A stretch of 64,000 nucleotides of DNA, from NCBI RefSeq assembly GCF_009914755.1, contig NC_060940.1; one strand, given 5' to 3'. This document shows, piece by piece, positions 30,381-44,395 of the stretch. Source of the stretch: the human T2T-CHM13v2.0 reference genome, Homo sapiens. The notes under the pieces were generated by a model. The model was not told the origin of the DNA, did no database searches, and saw only the letters and a program-made list of their open reading frames with translations. Both the position numbers and the translations under genes were made by a program. Within the stretch, counting starts at the first letter, position 1. The number at the start of each line of letters is the position of its first letter.

Positions 30381-33069
30381 ATTTGAGTGAGCACCATCCA
30401 TTGTTAAAGAAAGAGGTGACCACATAGAGTGAGTCGGCTGGAGGCCACTCTTCTGCCCAAGGGCCTCTCTCAAGAAGTCACCAGAAAGGAAGGCTGGGAG
30501 CCCTTCCTGGCAGCTGCCAGAACATCTGTCTAGAGAGGCCCCGGGCTCACCTGGGCTGCGTGGAGGCCTGGGCTGGGCTCTTTTGAGCGACTCTCACTAC
30601 TGGCTCAGGAAGTTCCACCCAGTGCCGCCCCAGCATGGAGGCTCCTCTGTGGCCTCAATGCAAACTCGCCTCAGAAAAGGCAGCTGATTAACACGCGTGG
30701 AGGGTCTATTGTCTGAATCCCGTCACCAGCGGAGAAACAGCTGTTTATAGTTTGTTTATTCCTCTCCCTTTGGAGCCCACGGGAGGAAACACAAGCGCTT
30801 GTTCTCAGGGGCACCATTCAGCAGCTGAAGTGAGTGAAGAAAACGGTGTTTATTTTTAATGGGATAAAGAGGGGGAACTCTTACAAAGTTTGGACACTAG
30901 CAGGGAGACCGCTCTTCAGGAGGCACCAGGCCTTGTGGTGATGTGTTGCACCCTGCCTCTCGAGGGATGCTCAAGAGTCTATTCCAACTCCCAGCTGGAA
31001 ACTCAGGCTCGGGCCACGGTGGTCGGTCAAACAGTAGACTTGGGTGAGCACCTATAGATATGAGAGATCTAGAAAAGCTCGTCAGGCTTGAAAATGAGAG
31101 AGCAAGATTTCTTTGGAGAGCAACCACCTGCTATTTAATATAGGTGACATCCTATAAAGGGCTGCCAAGCCCAGTTGTGCAGGCTGGGCACTGCACAAAG
31201 GTGTCCAGCTGAGGGAGAAATCCAGCCTCTGTGAGCTGCTCATCAAGCCATGCTCCACAGTTTCAAAAATAAATACATACATAAATAAAGATGACTAAGT
31301 GAGACAACAGCAGTCTCACAGATATATAGATGTATTTATGTACTTCATCTTTAAATGCTCACTTATTGACTCTTCACAATAACCTTTCAGATTAGGGACC
31401 ACTGTCATCCTCACTTTACAGATGGCACACTGAGGCAGAGAGAGGGAACCTGACTGCTCCAAGCTCATCCAATTAGGAAGGAGTGAATCCAGGATTCAAA
31501 CCCAGGCTCTTGGTTTCCATCAACAGGTGATGCTGCCTCTTCTAGGAAAAAAAAATGGCTCAACAAGCTCCAGAGTGTCATATTCAGAAAACACAGTGCC
31601 CCTCCCAGTCTTGGGAGTGAGACCTGCTTTCAGAAACACCCATGTCTTCCCTCGATTCTGCAGGTGATCAGGCTGGAAGGAGGTAGGCGAAGACCCCATC
31701 GTCTGCATTACAAGGAACTCCTTCTAAAGACTCAAAAGATTTGCTCTGAACTGGTGAAAGTCTGGGGACTCCCACTCAGCCTGGAGACTCAACCAACCCT
31801 CAGCGGGGAACAGCCCAACCCAACCAGAGCTGAGGCCACCCGCTGCTCCCTTCTCAGGGCCCAGGGTCAGCCAAGGCCATTTTCAAGTGCGGGGGACTGC
31901 AGCCAAACTCGCTGAACCAGACCCAGGGGAGCCCAAGAGGGACCTCTGGACTCAAGGGAAGAGGACGCTCTCATCCCTGTCTACTCTCCCACCCACCCCC
32001 TCCTCCCCTCCATCCCTCCCTCCTTCGGAGAGCCTCCACATTCGAATCTCCGAAAATGGTTTTCACAACTCAGTTAGCAGCAATCAATTATTCACGACCT
32101 CGCTTCCCCACCAACTCATAGACTGTCACTGTTAGCAAGATAATTTCTGGACTCTGCCCAACAGCCCTGCTCTAAACCAAGCGGCCTGCTATTTATTTCC
32201 TCTCTTCCCTAAGACCCTCCCAATGCCCACCAACCACTATCACTCTCAACACAGGACAGAGAGACAGATGGGAAGTCCCCTGGGTGCCTGTAGCCTGGGA
32301 GGGACCTGACAGCCAGGGGCTGCTCCCAGCCCACGTGATACATTTCAGGCTTGGGGCAGAATGTCTGACCTTAGTTTAATCCAACTGGAAAACAGGACTC
32401 AAGCATTCTAGACCCTGTGCCAGGCTCTGGGACAAATCCCACATTATTTTATAAAACGCTTTAAGCTCCGAAAACATTGTGTCCTGCACAAAGCATGACT
32501 TGGGAGGGTCTCCCAGACATGCCGTCCTGCTGCTGAGTTCATGGGTCAAAGACATTTGGAACTTGGCAGGGGCTCATATTTTAAGACTACCACTAGCATT
32601 TCCATCCTAGAAGCTTGAAGCTGTCTTTAGGAACATATTCCTACATCCCAGGGAGAAGGAGAGAGGTGCTTATGGGATGCTCTTGGAAAAAGAGTTTCAG
32701 CCTATGTCGTAAGACCCATGGAGGGTGGTTGGATAGCAGCTCTGCTGTGTGAACAAGCGACCTTCCACGAAAGCCACTTTTCACCCTCTAAGCCTCAATG
32801 TCCACATTTGTAAAATGGGAGAATATGAGTACTACTTCTGGGGCTGCAGTAAGAGTTTTAAAAAATGAGGCATTTAAAAAACACCCAGTACCTTGCTTGG
32901 CACATTGTGGACATTGTGGCCTCTGTGCTTCATTGTAAGACCCTGTCGCTTGTGACATGCATCATTGATTGAATAACAATTTGGGGCAAAAGGGTGTGTG
33001 CTGAAACATTAAGGAAACATACACATCAATTGTAAAATTCATCCCAGATTTCAGAAAGGCTATTTACTA

Positions 33070-33619
<550 letters not shown>

Positions 33620-33668
33620 TCATCCAATTCCTCCTCCTCCTACAAGAATCAACAGTAATAATAATAAT

Positions 33669-33801
33669 GGAAGATGAGGGTGAGGGGAGGTGGAGGGGGG
33701 AGGAGGAAGAGGGGGGAGGAGGAAGAGGGGGAAGGGGAGGAGGGTGGAGGAGGAGGAGGGCAGAGGAAGAGGAAGAGGAGGAGGAAGCAGCAGCAGCAGC
33801 A
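33669..33801 (+). repeat. Polypurine (GGA/GAG)n low-complexity tract ending in (GCA)n
   Basis: Read directly. Confidence 0.9.
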
Positions 33802-33809
33802 TGTTATGG

Positions 33810-34010
33810 TGCTTAATACAGGCCCAGACACTGTGCTAAATGAGGTGCATGTATTAACTCATTTATTTCTCCTGACAACCCTTTGAAGTGGGTTCATCAT
33901 CATCCCCATTTTACAGATGAAGGAGCTGAGGCACAAAGACTTCAGTCACACAGCTGCTGGGTGGCAGAGCCAGGCTGCGAACTCCGGCACCTTGGCGCCA
34001 AGTCCCCGTG
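33810..34010. mobile_element. MIR
   Basis: CCCCATTTTACAGATGAAGGAGCTGAGGCACA core. Confidence 0.8.
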
Positions 34011-35062
34011 CTTCTCTACTGCATTGCACTTCATTCCACCAACTGAGACAAAGAGGGACGTTTTGGTGGAGAAGGAAGTGGCATATAAGTGTCATGCCAT
34101 GCCTGGTCTCACCCACACGCCCAAGGAAGTTCCTCTGAACCCACAGAGCATGCCCTGGGCTCCCTCTGATGAAAGCAAGTTCATGCCTCTCTTCCACTCT
34201 CTCCTGCTGCCCCAGGCCAGCTGAGCAGGCCAAAGGAGGGCTGGGGCCAAATCTGCAGCCCCATCCTGGGGAAAGGCTCTGACGACAGTAGCCAGCTTCT
34301 CACTGCTGTCTGCAGGATCTCAGCAATTCCACGGGCATGGAGAACAGCAGCCCCTGGAGAGGGTAGGAGAAGATTGGGTGTCTGCCAGGCCTGCAGCTGT
34401 GGACACTTCCCCTATGGGCTGCGGGGACGGGGCAGGCCCAGCACCTGGAAGAGGGCGCCTCCCCTGTCTGGCTGGTCTTCAGTCCCATCAACGGGACTTA
34501 GCATCAAGTGACGTGGTGGTTATGCACACGGGCTTGTGGGGAGCTGTGCAACCTTGCGAGAGTTACTTCCCCTCTCTGTGCCTCACTTCCTCTGTCCATA
34601 AAACAGTGACTCTGACAATGCTGACAACACTAGGTGTTGGAAGCATTAAATATAAAACGCCTAACATGTAGTATGTGCTTAATAAATGGTAGCTGCTAAT
34701 TACTATTATTTATCATCATCAACAGGACTATGCATCAACTACTAAGAACACAGGTGGACCTTAAGGTGCCATCAGTATGGGTGAGGAGCTGACAAGAACC
34801 CATGGAACAAGGCATGATTCCTTGTTCTAGAATATCTTTGGCCTTTGGATCTTAAAATGTCATCTTAAAGTGGGGTTCCATAGCTCTCACTTTTAAGACA
34901 TCTCATCTGATCTTTCAGGCAATTTCTGAAGGAAACAAAAATATTTACTGAGCACCTATTGTGTGCCATTCACTGTTTCCACCACTGGGAATAACCTGAT
35001 GGAGTTAATGAATCCAAGACCAGCTATGATGGTGATGGCAGTTACTAATAAAAGGTGAGAAG

Positions 35063-35505
<443 letters not shown>

Positions 35506-37866
35506 TCACACACACGGCTGGAAGAAGAGACATGTGCAATCAGGGCACAGGTAACCACAAGAGACCTAAAAGTTCAGAGCACAAGGGACCCAGAATCCCT
35601 CAGACCATTTTAAAGACGGGGAAACAGAGAACCTGAAAGGCAGGCAGCCCAAAGCCACACCAAGCAAGACACAGAACAGGTTCTGGAATCCAGGTATCCT
35701 GACTCCTGAAAGTCGAGATCACTTTGTCTTGCGTCGTAAACAGACTAAGACATTCCAGCACAGCACAGCCCGCCATCACAGACAGACACTGCTGCCAGGT
35801 CAGGCAGCCCCCATCTGCCATCTCTCTAGATCAGTGTTACCAAGCTGAGGGGAGTGTAAGACACCACCACCCTCAAAATCAAACACCTTAGGACAGGACC
35901 AAAGACAGGTAAGTTTTGACATGGAGATGAGGGAGAGAAGTTCCGAGTTGGGGACATCATCATTCTGCAGGGGCAGGTGGGGAATCGAAAAAGCCGTTGC
36001 ATGCAAAGGACAAATGTTCTTTCATTGGAGGTGGAGTGATAATAACTGCAGAGGGACTCTGGGAAGGTTGTTGGACAGAGTGATTTTTGTCTTCAAAGAA
36101 CGTGATCAACTTTTTGCAAGTGTTCAAGTTCCACCTCCAAATCTTGCAATTTCTAAACCAGTCAACTTTTCTAGGTTTTTAATAAAACAGAGATGATGAA
36201 CCCATTAGCAGGGCTGTTGGGAACCTCACCCCAGAAAACAGTTGATGGTGGCCTGGAAGCCCCTGCAGGCTCTTGTTCCTGTCCTTCTTCCCAAATGACT
36301 TTCATGTCCTTGTCATAATGACCACATTGTTTACCTCCTCTCCCCGCAATCCATGCCGGACTATCTTCTCTTTGTTTCATCTTAAATGTCACCTTGTTGG
36401 AAAAGCCTTCCCAGATGACCCTCCCCTTCTCCCTGACTCACTGTCCCCTCCATCGGAACCTGAGCTGCAGGAAGTCAGGGAACGCGTTCTGTCCACTGCT
36501 CCAACCCCAGCTCCCGTGCAGTGACTGGCACCTAGTAGGCTCTTGGTAAAATCTGTTGAGTGAATGAATAAGTGTCTGCAAACATCCTGGGTACATCTGT
36601 AAAGCATGCACTCATAGAAAACTTCTACTATGTGACACACAGTAGATTATCAATGGCTGTTGCTGAGAGGACATCAAAGTCAATTCCAAACCAACAAGGT
36701 CGGCTTCCCATTTCCGCTGTGGAGTAGCCTTGAGCTTAGTGAGATAGAAGACTCTTGCCCATCACCCCAGGGACCTGCTCCCCAGAGCTCAAGGCACTCA
36801 GTAATGAGGAAAACCCTGGCTTTACAAGACACAGTAAGGCATGAAAACTGGGGAGAAAGTTCACTGGGAACCTGCAGGACACTACAGGTATTCTACAAAA
36901 TGATAAGCTACTCTGCCATTCTTAACTATTCTTAAAAATGAGAGGAAATTGATCAGCAGAAAAAAGGTACATGAAGTGTGCTGTGTTTTGATGTGGGCAG
37001 GCTAAGTGATAACTTCCCCTAACCCGCCCATCCTAATAACATGAAACCAGTGGTGCCTCCTGCTACTGACAGGTTCCCTTACTCAATTGCTATAAGAGAA
37101 GCATTGAGCAAGCATTGAGAATTAAGGAACCTACAGCCTATTCATAGATTCTAACCCTAAGAGGAACGAAATTAGCACTTTGTATGGTTGGGTCATTAAA
37201 GGATCTCATGAATTAATACTATCGTGTTTGCATTCTGTTTTGTGAATTTCTGCCTTTATTTTTCTTAATGTCCCTTTCCTACTTTCTTTTGTTTGATTCT
37301 CAGTTTTTTTCTTTTTTTTTTTTTTTTTGTTAGTAACAGGGTCTCAGGCCTGGCACCATGGCTCACACCTATAATCCCAAAACTTTGAGAGGCCAAGGCA
37401 GGAGGGTGGCTTCAGACCAAGGAGTTCGAGACCATCCCAGCCTCAATTATTTTTTTAATGGACTTTTATTTTAATTATTTTACTCTTTCATATTTAATGT
37501 CAAAACCTAAAGTGCTTTTAAAATAGACTACCAGTTTTCCTCTGGGCACAGTTTTAACCTTATCTCAAGTTTTGATATGAAGTATTTTCATTTTCGCTAA
37601 TCAATATATAATCTGAAATGTCAAATTTAATCTATTCATTGATCTAAGAATTACTTAGAAGAGTTTCGATTGTTTAAATTTCTATGCGATTGTCTTTTAG
37701 AGGCTAATTTTCAATATATCTTATTGTTTTATGAAGGAAGCCTGGAAGTTTTCTACTTTTGAAATCTATTAAGATTCTTTTTAGACCAAGTTAATTATCA
37801 GTTGTAATTAGCACGTTAGAACATCTAGAAAGTAGTCTTTAAAAAGAGAAGTTCTTCCCCTAGAAT

Positions 37867-37894
37867 ACACACACACACACATACACACACACAC
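37867..37894 (+). repeat. (CA)n microsatellite, read as (UG)n in XYLT1 pre-mRNA
   Basis: ACACACACACACACATACACACACACAC. Confidence 0.95.
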
Positions 37895-39159
37895 CTTTGT
37901 AAAGAGTTTCAATGAATACTTACAATTCTAGTCTTACCTTAACAAAAGTAAATATTCCAACAGAAAAAGACAACCTATTAAGCTAAAGGGAAAGGAGGCA
38001 AACTACCAGAATTTAAGGGTTAAGTTTCTCACATCTGGGAATTCCACTCTGGAATCATAACCACAATAGCATTGCAGCTTTGCAGCCCTATTTTAAAGAC
38101 GAAAACTGAGGCTTCCAGATCCTGAGTCACATAGAAAGGATTTTAGCTGAGCCCAAGGGTTTCAAGTCCACAAATCCTTTCTGCACTAAATTCAAATTTC
38201 ATTCCAAAAGTAATACTAAAACAGCAGCTGACCTTCTTCTCTTGTGCCATTCCTTAAGTTTGTTCATCGCACCAGGCAGAATCAGAAGACAGGCTCCTAC
38301 AACAGCTAGGGCTTTACTCCTGGTAAAGTGGGTTGGCTTAGGAGAAGAACGGACAGGACTCTTTGACAAGCCCCAGAAAGAATATTAAGTCATTTTTCAG
38401 CCAGCACCAAGCAAACCTGAAAGATGGGTGGATCCTAGGGTATCCTAATTTTACTCTTCCAACCCTGTCAGTGCTAGTGTCCAAAAAGTGGAGCAGCAAA
38501 TGGGAAGTGACTGGCATTCAGAAACTGACACAGGATCCTGCATTTCTAAACAATGCTGACAACGCACACTGAGGCAGCACCTCCGGGGAAGTCTCCGTGC
38601 TCCGATGCTGTGGCCATGTACAGCATATGCAGTCCCCAAAGGGATATTTCAGCACAGAGTTTCAATGTAAAATGACACACGCTACTGCAGGCTAGAGATC
38701 TTATTGGGGACACAGGGCTATATTCATCTGCTTCCCAGCAAGAAAACCAGAAAGCCAGAGATAAACAGAAGTCAATCAAAGCAGAAAGTGACATCTAGAA
38801 AAAAAACACCTAATTCTGCCAAACCTGTTTTGCTGAATAAAGATAAGAGCGCTGTGGACAATATGGCTTTGGTATAAGAAATTAAATGATGGCACCATTC
38901 CCAAAAGCAACTAAAGCAGTTGACATCGGGCTTGTTCCCAACAGCCTAGAAGGGACTAAGAATGGAAGAACAATGGACAATTAAGAAACTGTTTCTACGG
39001 ACTCTGAATTTTGCAAGACTAATTATGAAAATAAGCCTTGTTACAGAGTTTCAGCATTTGAAAGTATTACTGTGCTTTACTTCCTACTCTGAAAGGTAAG
39101 ACTTCCAAATTAAAATATAATTGTCAAATCAATTGGTAAAAAAAAAGTAGTTAAATTAA

Positions 39160-40320
39160 TTCCGCTCCTAGGTATATACTCAACAGAAATGTTTGCATAT
39201 GTTTGCCGAAAGAGATGTCCAAGAATGTTCACAGCAGCACTATTTATAATGGCCCCAAACTGGGAACTTCCCAAATGCCCATAAACAGAATGGATATGTA
39301 AATTGTGGTATATTCCACAATGAAATAATGCAAATGAACAATTACAACTCTGTGAACCAATATAGACATAGGGTTAGCAAACTTTTTGGTAACAGGCCAG
39401 ATAGTAAATGTTTTAGGCTTAGGGCCCATACAGTCTTTGTTGCAACTACTCAATTGTGCTGTCATAGCACAAAAGCGGCCATAGCTGATATATAAATGAA
39501 ATGGACATGGCTGTGTTCCAATAAAGCTTTATTTATGATCGCAATTTTTTTTTTTTTTTTGAGATACAGTGTTACTCTGTCATCCAGGCTGAAGTACAGT
39601 GGCACAATCTTGGCTCAGTGCAATCTCTGCCTCCCGGGTTCAAGTGATTCTCCTGCCTCAGCCACCTGAGTAGCTGGGATTACAGGCATCAACCACCACA
39701 CCCAGCTATTTTTTTGTACCTTTTAGTAGAGATGGGGTTTCAACCATGTTGGTCAGGCTGGTAGCAAACTTCTGGCCCCAAGTGACCCACCCACCTCGGC
39801 CCCACAAAGTGCTGGGATTACAGGCATGAGCCACCATGCCCAGTCAATTTGTGGACACAAATTTGAATTTCATATAATTTTCACGCGTCACAAAATATCA
39901 TTCTTTCCTCCCCCCCCCGCCCCCCCCCGCAACTATTTAAAAACATAAAATCCATCCTTAGCTCACAGGCCATATGAAAACAGGCAAAGGACCAGATTTG
40001 GCTTGTAAGCTGGGGTTCGCCAACCCTGGACAGAGATAAAACTCCCAGACGCAATGTTAACCAAAACAAACCAGGCACAAAAGAGTACAGACTGTATGAT
40101 TCCATTTCTAAAAAGAGGCAAAAGTACCTGGTGGGGTTAGAAGTCACGATAGAGACCCTATCCTTGCAGGCATGGGGTCAGAGTGGACGTGGCCGGGATC
40201 CCGGGGGCTGGTGGGCTCTGAATTCGGGTGCTGGTTAGTTGGGCGTGATCCCTTTCTGGAGCTGTTTATTCATGATTTCTGCATTCTTTCTCATGCATGT
40301 TCTACTTCAAGAGAAGTTTA
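39160..40320. mobile_element. Nested set: old L1 3' end, interrupted by MER58B-like (about 39368-40027), interrupted by antisense Alu (39544-39843)
   Basis: L1 motif CTCCTAGGTATATACTCAACAGAAATG; MER58 TIRs AGGGTTAGCAAAC / GTTCGCCAACCCTG; Alu inside. Confidence 0.8.
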
Positions 40321-40475
40321 GCAAGTTTTTATAATAAAGTAGCTTACAATTCAATCAGCTTCAAAAACAGAAGTATAAAGAGAACGAGAGCAATCAAATT
40401 AAATTAGTTATGACTTCTTCATGATGGCCAGGTACCTGCCAATGCTAGAGTACTTAAGAATATTTAATAATAATG

Positions 40476-40588
40476 GCTGGGCACAGCAGCTCACACCTGT
40501 AATCCCAGCACTCTGGGAGGCCTAGGTGGGCGAATCACTTGAGGTCAGAAGTCCGAGACCAGCCTAGGCAACAGTGAGACTCCATCTC

Positions 40589-40631
<43 letters not shown>

Positions 40632-40632
40632 A
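40476..40632 (+). mobile_element. Alu monomer (FLAM-like or deleted Alu) with (TAAA)n tail
   Basis: Left arm followed directly by (TAAA) about 11 times. Confidence 0.85.
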
Positions 40633-40918
40633 AGGTAGATTTAAATTGTTTTCCTCTATTATTGTGTTTACTTCCAGGGTGGAGTTTGTTTCATGGTTTA
40701 AGGGATGGTGCTACCATCAGAATCCGGCCAGGCTATTTTCTGCGGCGTCTGCGCATAAAGATGATGTTCACCCAATTACCAGCGACTCCTCGCATGGAAA
40801 TCTACCATCAATACTATTAACATAAACAGCATCTGGCAAAATACATGGCCTTCAACCTACAGCAAAACCTGCGCTGGACTCTCACAAAGGAAAAAGGCCA
40901 GGTCTGGCTTCCATTTGA

Positions 40919-41645
<727 letters not shown>

Positions 41646-44095
41646 AACAGTACCAACTTTCTGGCAGTGTCCTTCTGAAGAAAACCTAATGGGAGTTGTT
41701 ACATCTTTCTGTGCGGCACATGCATGGCATTTGACACACAGGCTCCTGAGTCACGCTGGCTGAGTTGAAATTCCAAGTCTTCTCTGTGACTGCAGGTGAT
41801 TTCTTACCCTCTCTATGCCTCAATTTCCTCATCTGTAGATGGGAATACTATCAGCAGCCACATCATAAGGCTGATATAATGATTAAAATGATAATCTAGG
41901 AGACGCTGCTCAGTACAGCACAGTGCCTGCCACGTAGTGACATCTAATAGATAATAGCAATTATTATTATTATCATTCTGAAAGTTGCAAACTCAAACCC
42001 CAACAGCCATCTTGTGGGTAACACAGACAAGTAAAGTGACCTGGTGGGCCCGTGTACACGAGGCAGCCACATCCCCCCTCACTCAAATGGTTACCTCTGG
42101 GAATGAAGACCAGAATTTCGAATTTCTTAATAGGCACTCTAAATTTGATTTGGATTGGAAATCATTGATTTTGGCTACTAATTCAAGTTTTGATTTTTAA
42201 AATTTACCTTTTCTTTAAGAAAGGAGGAAGAGGACCCTATGCTGTCATTATTCCATCTGGAGCCCACACCTGACTCACAAAGCTCTAGGTTTCCTTCTGG
42301 CTTACGTATTTCCCATCGCTGCTTTCTAGCACCCACCTTCATTGGAGGGCTGTATCTGCCTGCTCACTCCAATAAACAGTCAGTTTCCTCCAAATGTTGC
42401 TGTTGTGCGTTTTTTGTTTGCTTTAATTCTAAAAGAAAGCCAAACAGCAGTCAGCCTCCAGGCCAAAGAAGAATGAATAACCTAACTTCTACCCATTTCT
42501 AAACCACCCAGTCTTTCACTGAACATCCTTCCTTAGGAGACGTTTAGCTTAACATCTCTCCCTGCTTTCTGTCTTTAACTCACCTTCTAAACAAGAGAAA
42601 ATCAGACGTCACAATTTGAAAACTATCCCTCAATAGGGTTACAAGAAAAAGCAGGCAATAAGAGCATTTTACATCCACAACAGAATCATCTGCAATACTT
42701 GATGACAAGCAAACGGGGTTCTCAGTGTCTTTCATAACAGCTGCCCCTTTTGAGCTAGGATAAAAGAAAGTGCAAAAGAGAGACAATGAATAGGCTTTTA
42801 TTTCAAAGAGAACATCTGCAAAGCATAGTCCTCCATTAAAAAATAAACAGAAAACAGCCACTAGTCTGGGGAAAAAAATAAGATTTCCCATTACATCTCT
42901 AATTAATAAAGCCCCATTTCAAAAGGAAAAAAGAAGAAGAAAAAAAAGAATAACTTTTTCACATCCCCAAAGAAAGGATGCTTAATGAGGTAACTGTTGT
43001 ATTACTTGATCCATCTAGTCTGGTTTTAATACTATCCTTAAATAATGTATACATTAGCTTTCCATTACCAAAAACATTTGTTTATTTTATGAACGTGAGT
43101 CTGGTTGAGAGCTGAGACTCTGCAAAATTATCATGCCGTCCTTGGGCTCCCGGCTTTTATTGCTTCTCCCCTCGCTCATTATGAAATGATTAGTTGTCTC
43201 CGATGCCCTTTTGAATTGCTGCTAACGTTGTACTGCGGTTCTGTTACCCTGGTTCTGAATAGGAGAGTCTTGGTTCAGGGTTAAGTTAATGTAGTCATTA
43301 CTGGCCCATTTGGGGACCCATTCATCATGCTAATTTCATGTCCAACACTTGGGGGAATAGAGTACAAATACTCAACGTGAAGCAAATGCACAGTGAATCC
43401 AAAAGACGCACATGAAATGTCCAGAACTCAGTCACAGAAGACAGGCATGGGGAGCTCTGGGGCCATTACTTTCCATAACTGTGGGAGCAATGCAGACATC
43501 AGAGAGGGCCTCCAATGGGGAATTCCTTTCCAAGGGACCCAGAGCACAGTTCCTCCTAACATCTAACTTTAATCCTTTCCACTTGAACTTCAGAACAAAA
43601 CAGCACAGCTGTTTACCAGAGGAGCAAAGACTCTTCAAACTGGTTAAGTTGACATTGACCAAACCTTGGCCATCTCAGCACTTCCTTGATCGTCATTAAC
43701 CAACCAAGCTGCAATCAGGATTTGAAATCCAGTTAGAGTTTGCTTATGTGTTTTCATTTTGTTAACCCACTTCTTCTTACTTAAATGCCACTTTACCTGC
43801 ATGTTAAACGAGAAGAGTGTTGAAGCTGCCGTTTTGATTGGCTGGTTATATTTCTGTATTTTCCATAATATACATTTAAAGAAATATACAGCGATTAATA
43901 ATTTCTTTAAATATTCACCCAAGAAGAAGAGAGTGCATCTGGGATGTTGTCAGTGCTATGATTCCTGGTCTAGGATACTCGGATGTGTTCAGTTTGTGAG
44001 AATTCATCAAGTTGTATATTTAGAGTAATGTTTGTATCATATGGTTTTGTTGGGAAAAAAGCAACTAAAAGAACGCAGGCAATATTTAAGAAGTG

Positions 44096-44395
44096 AGCCA
44101 GACGTGGTGGCTCACGCCTGTAATCCCAGCAGTTTGGGAGGCTGAGGTGGGAGGATCACTTGATCCCAGGAGTTCCAGACCAGCCTGGGCAACATAGCAA
44201 AACCCCACCTCTTCAAAAAATACAAAAATTAGCCGGGCATGGTGGCACGCACCTGTAGTCCCACCTACTCAGGGGGCTGAGGTGGGAGGACTGCTTGAGC
44301 CTGCGAGGTCAAGGTTGCAGTGAGCTGAGATCAAACCACTGCATTCTAGCCGGGGTGACGTAAGGAGTCCCTGTCTCAATAAATTAACAAATAAA
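44096..44395 (+). mobile_element. Alu (J-type) with TSD
   Basis: ATTTAAGAAGTGA flanks. Confidence 0.93.
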
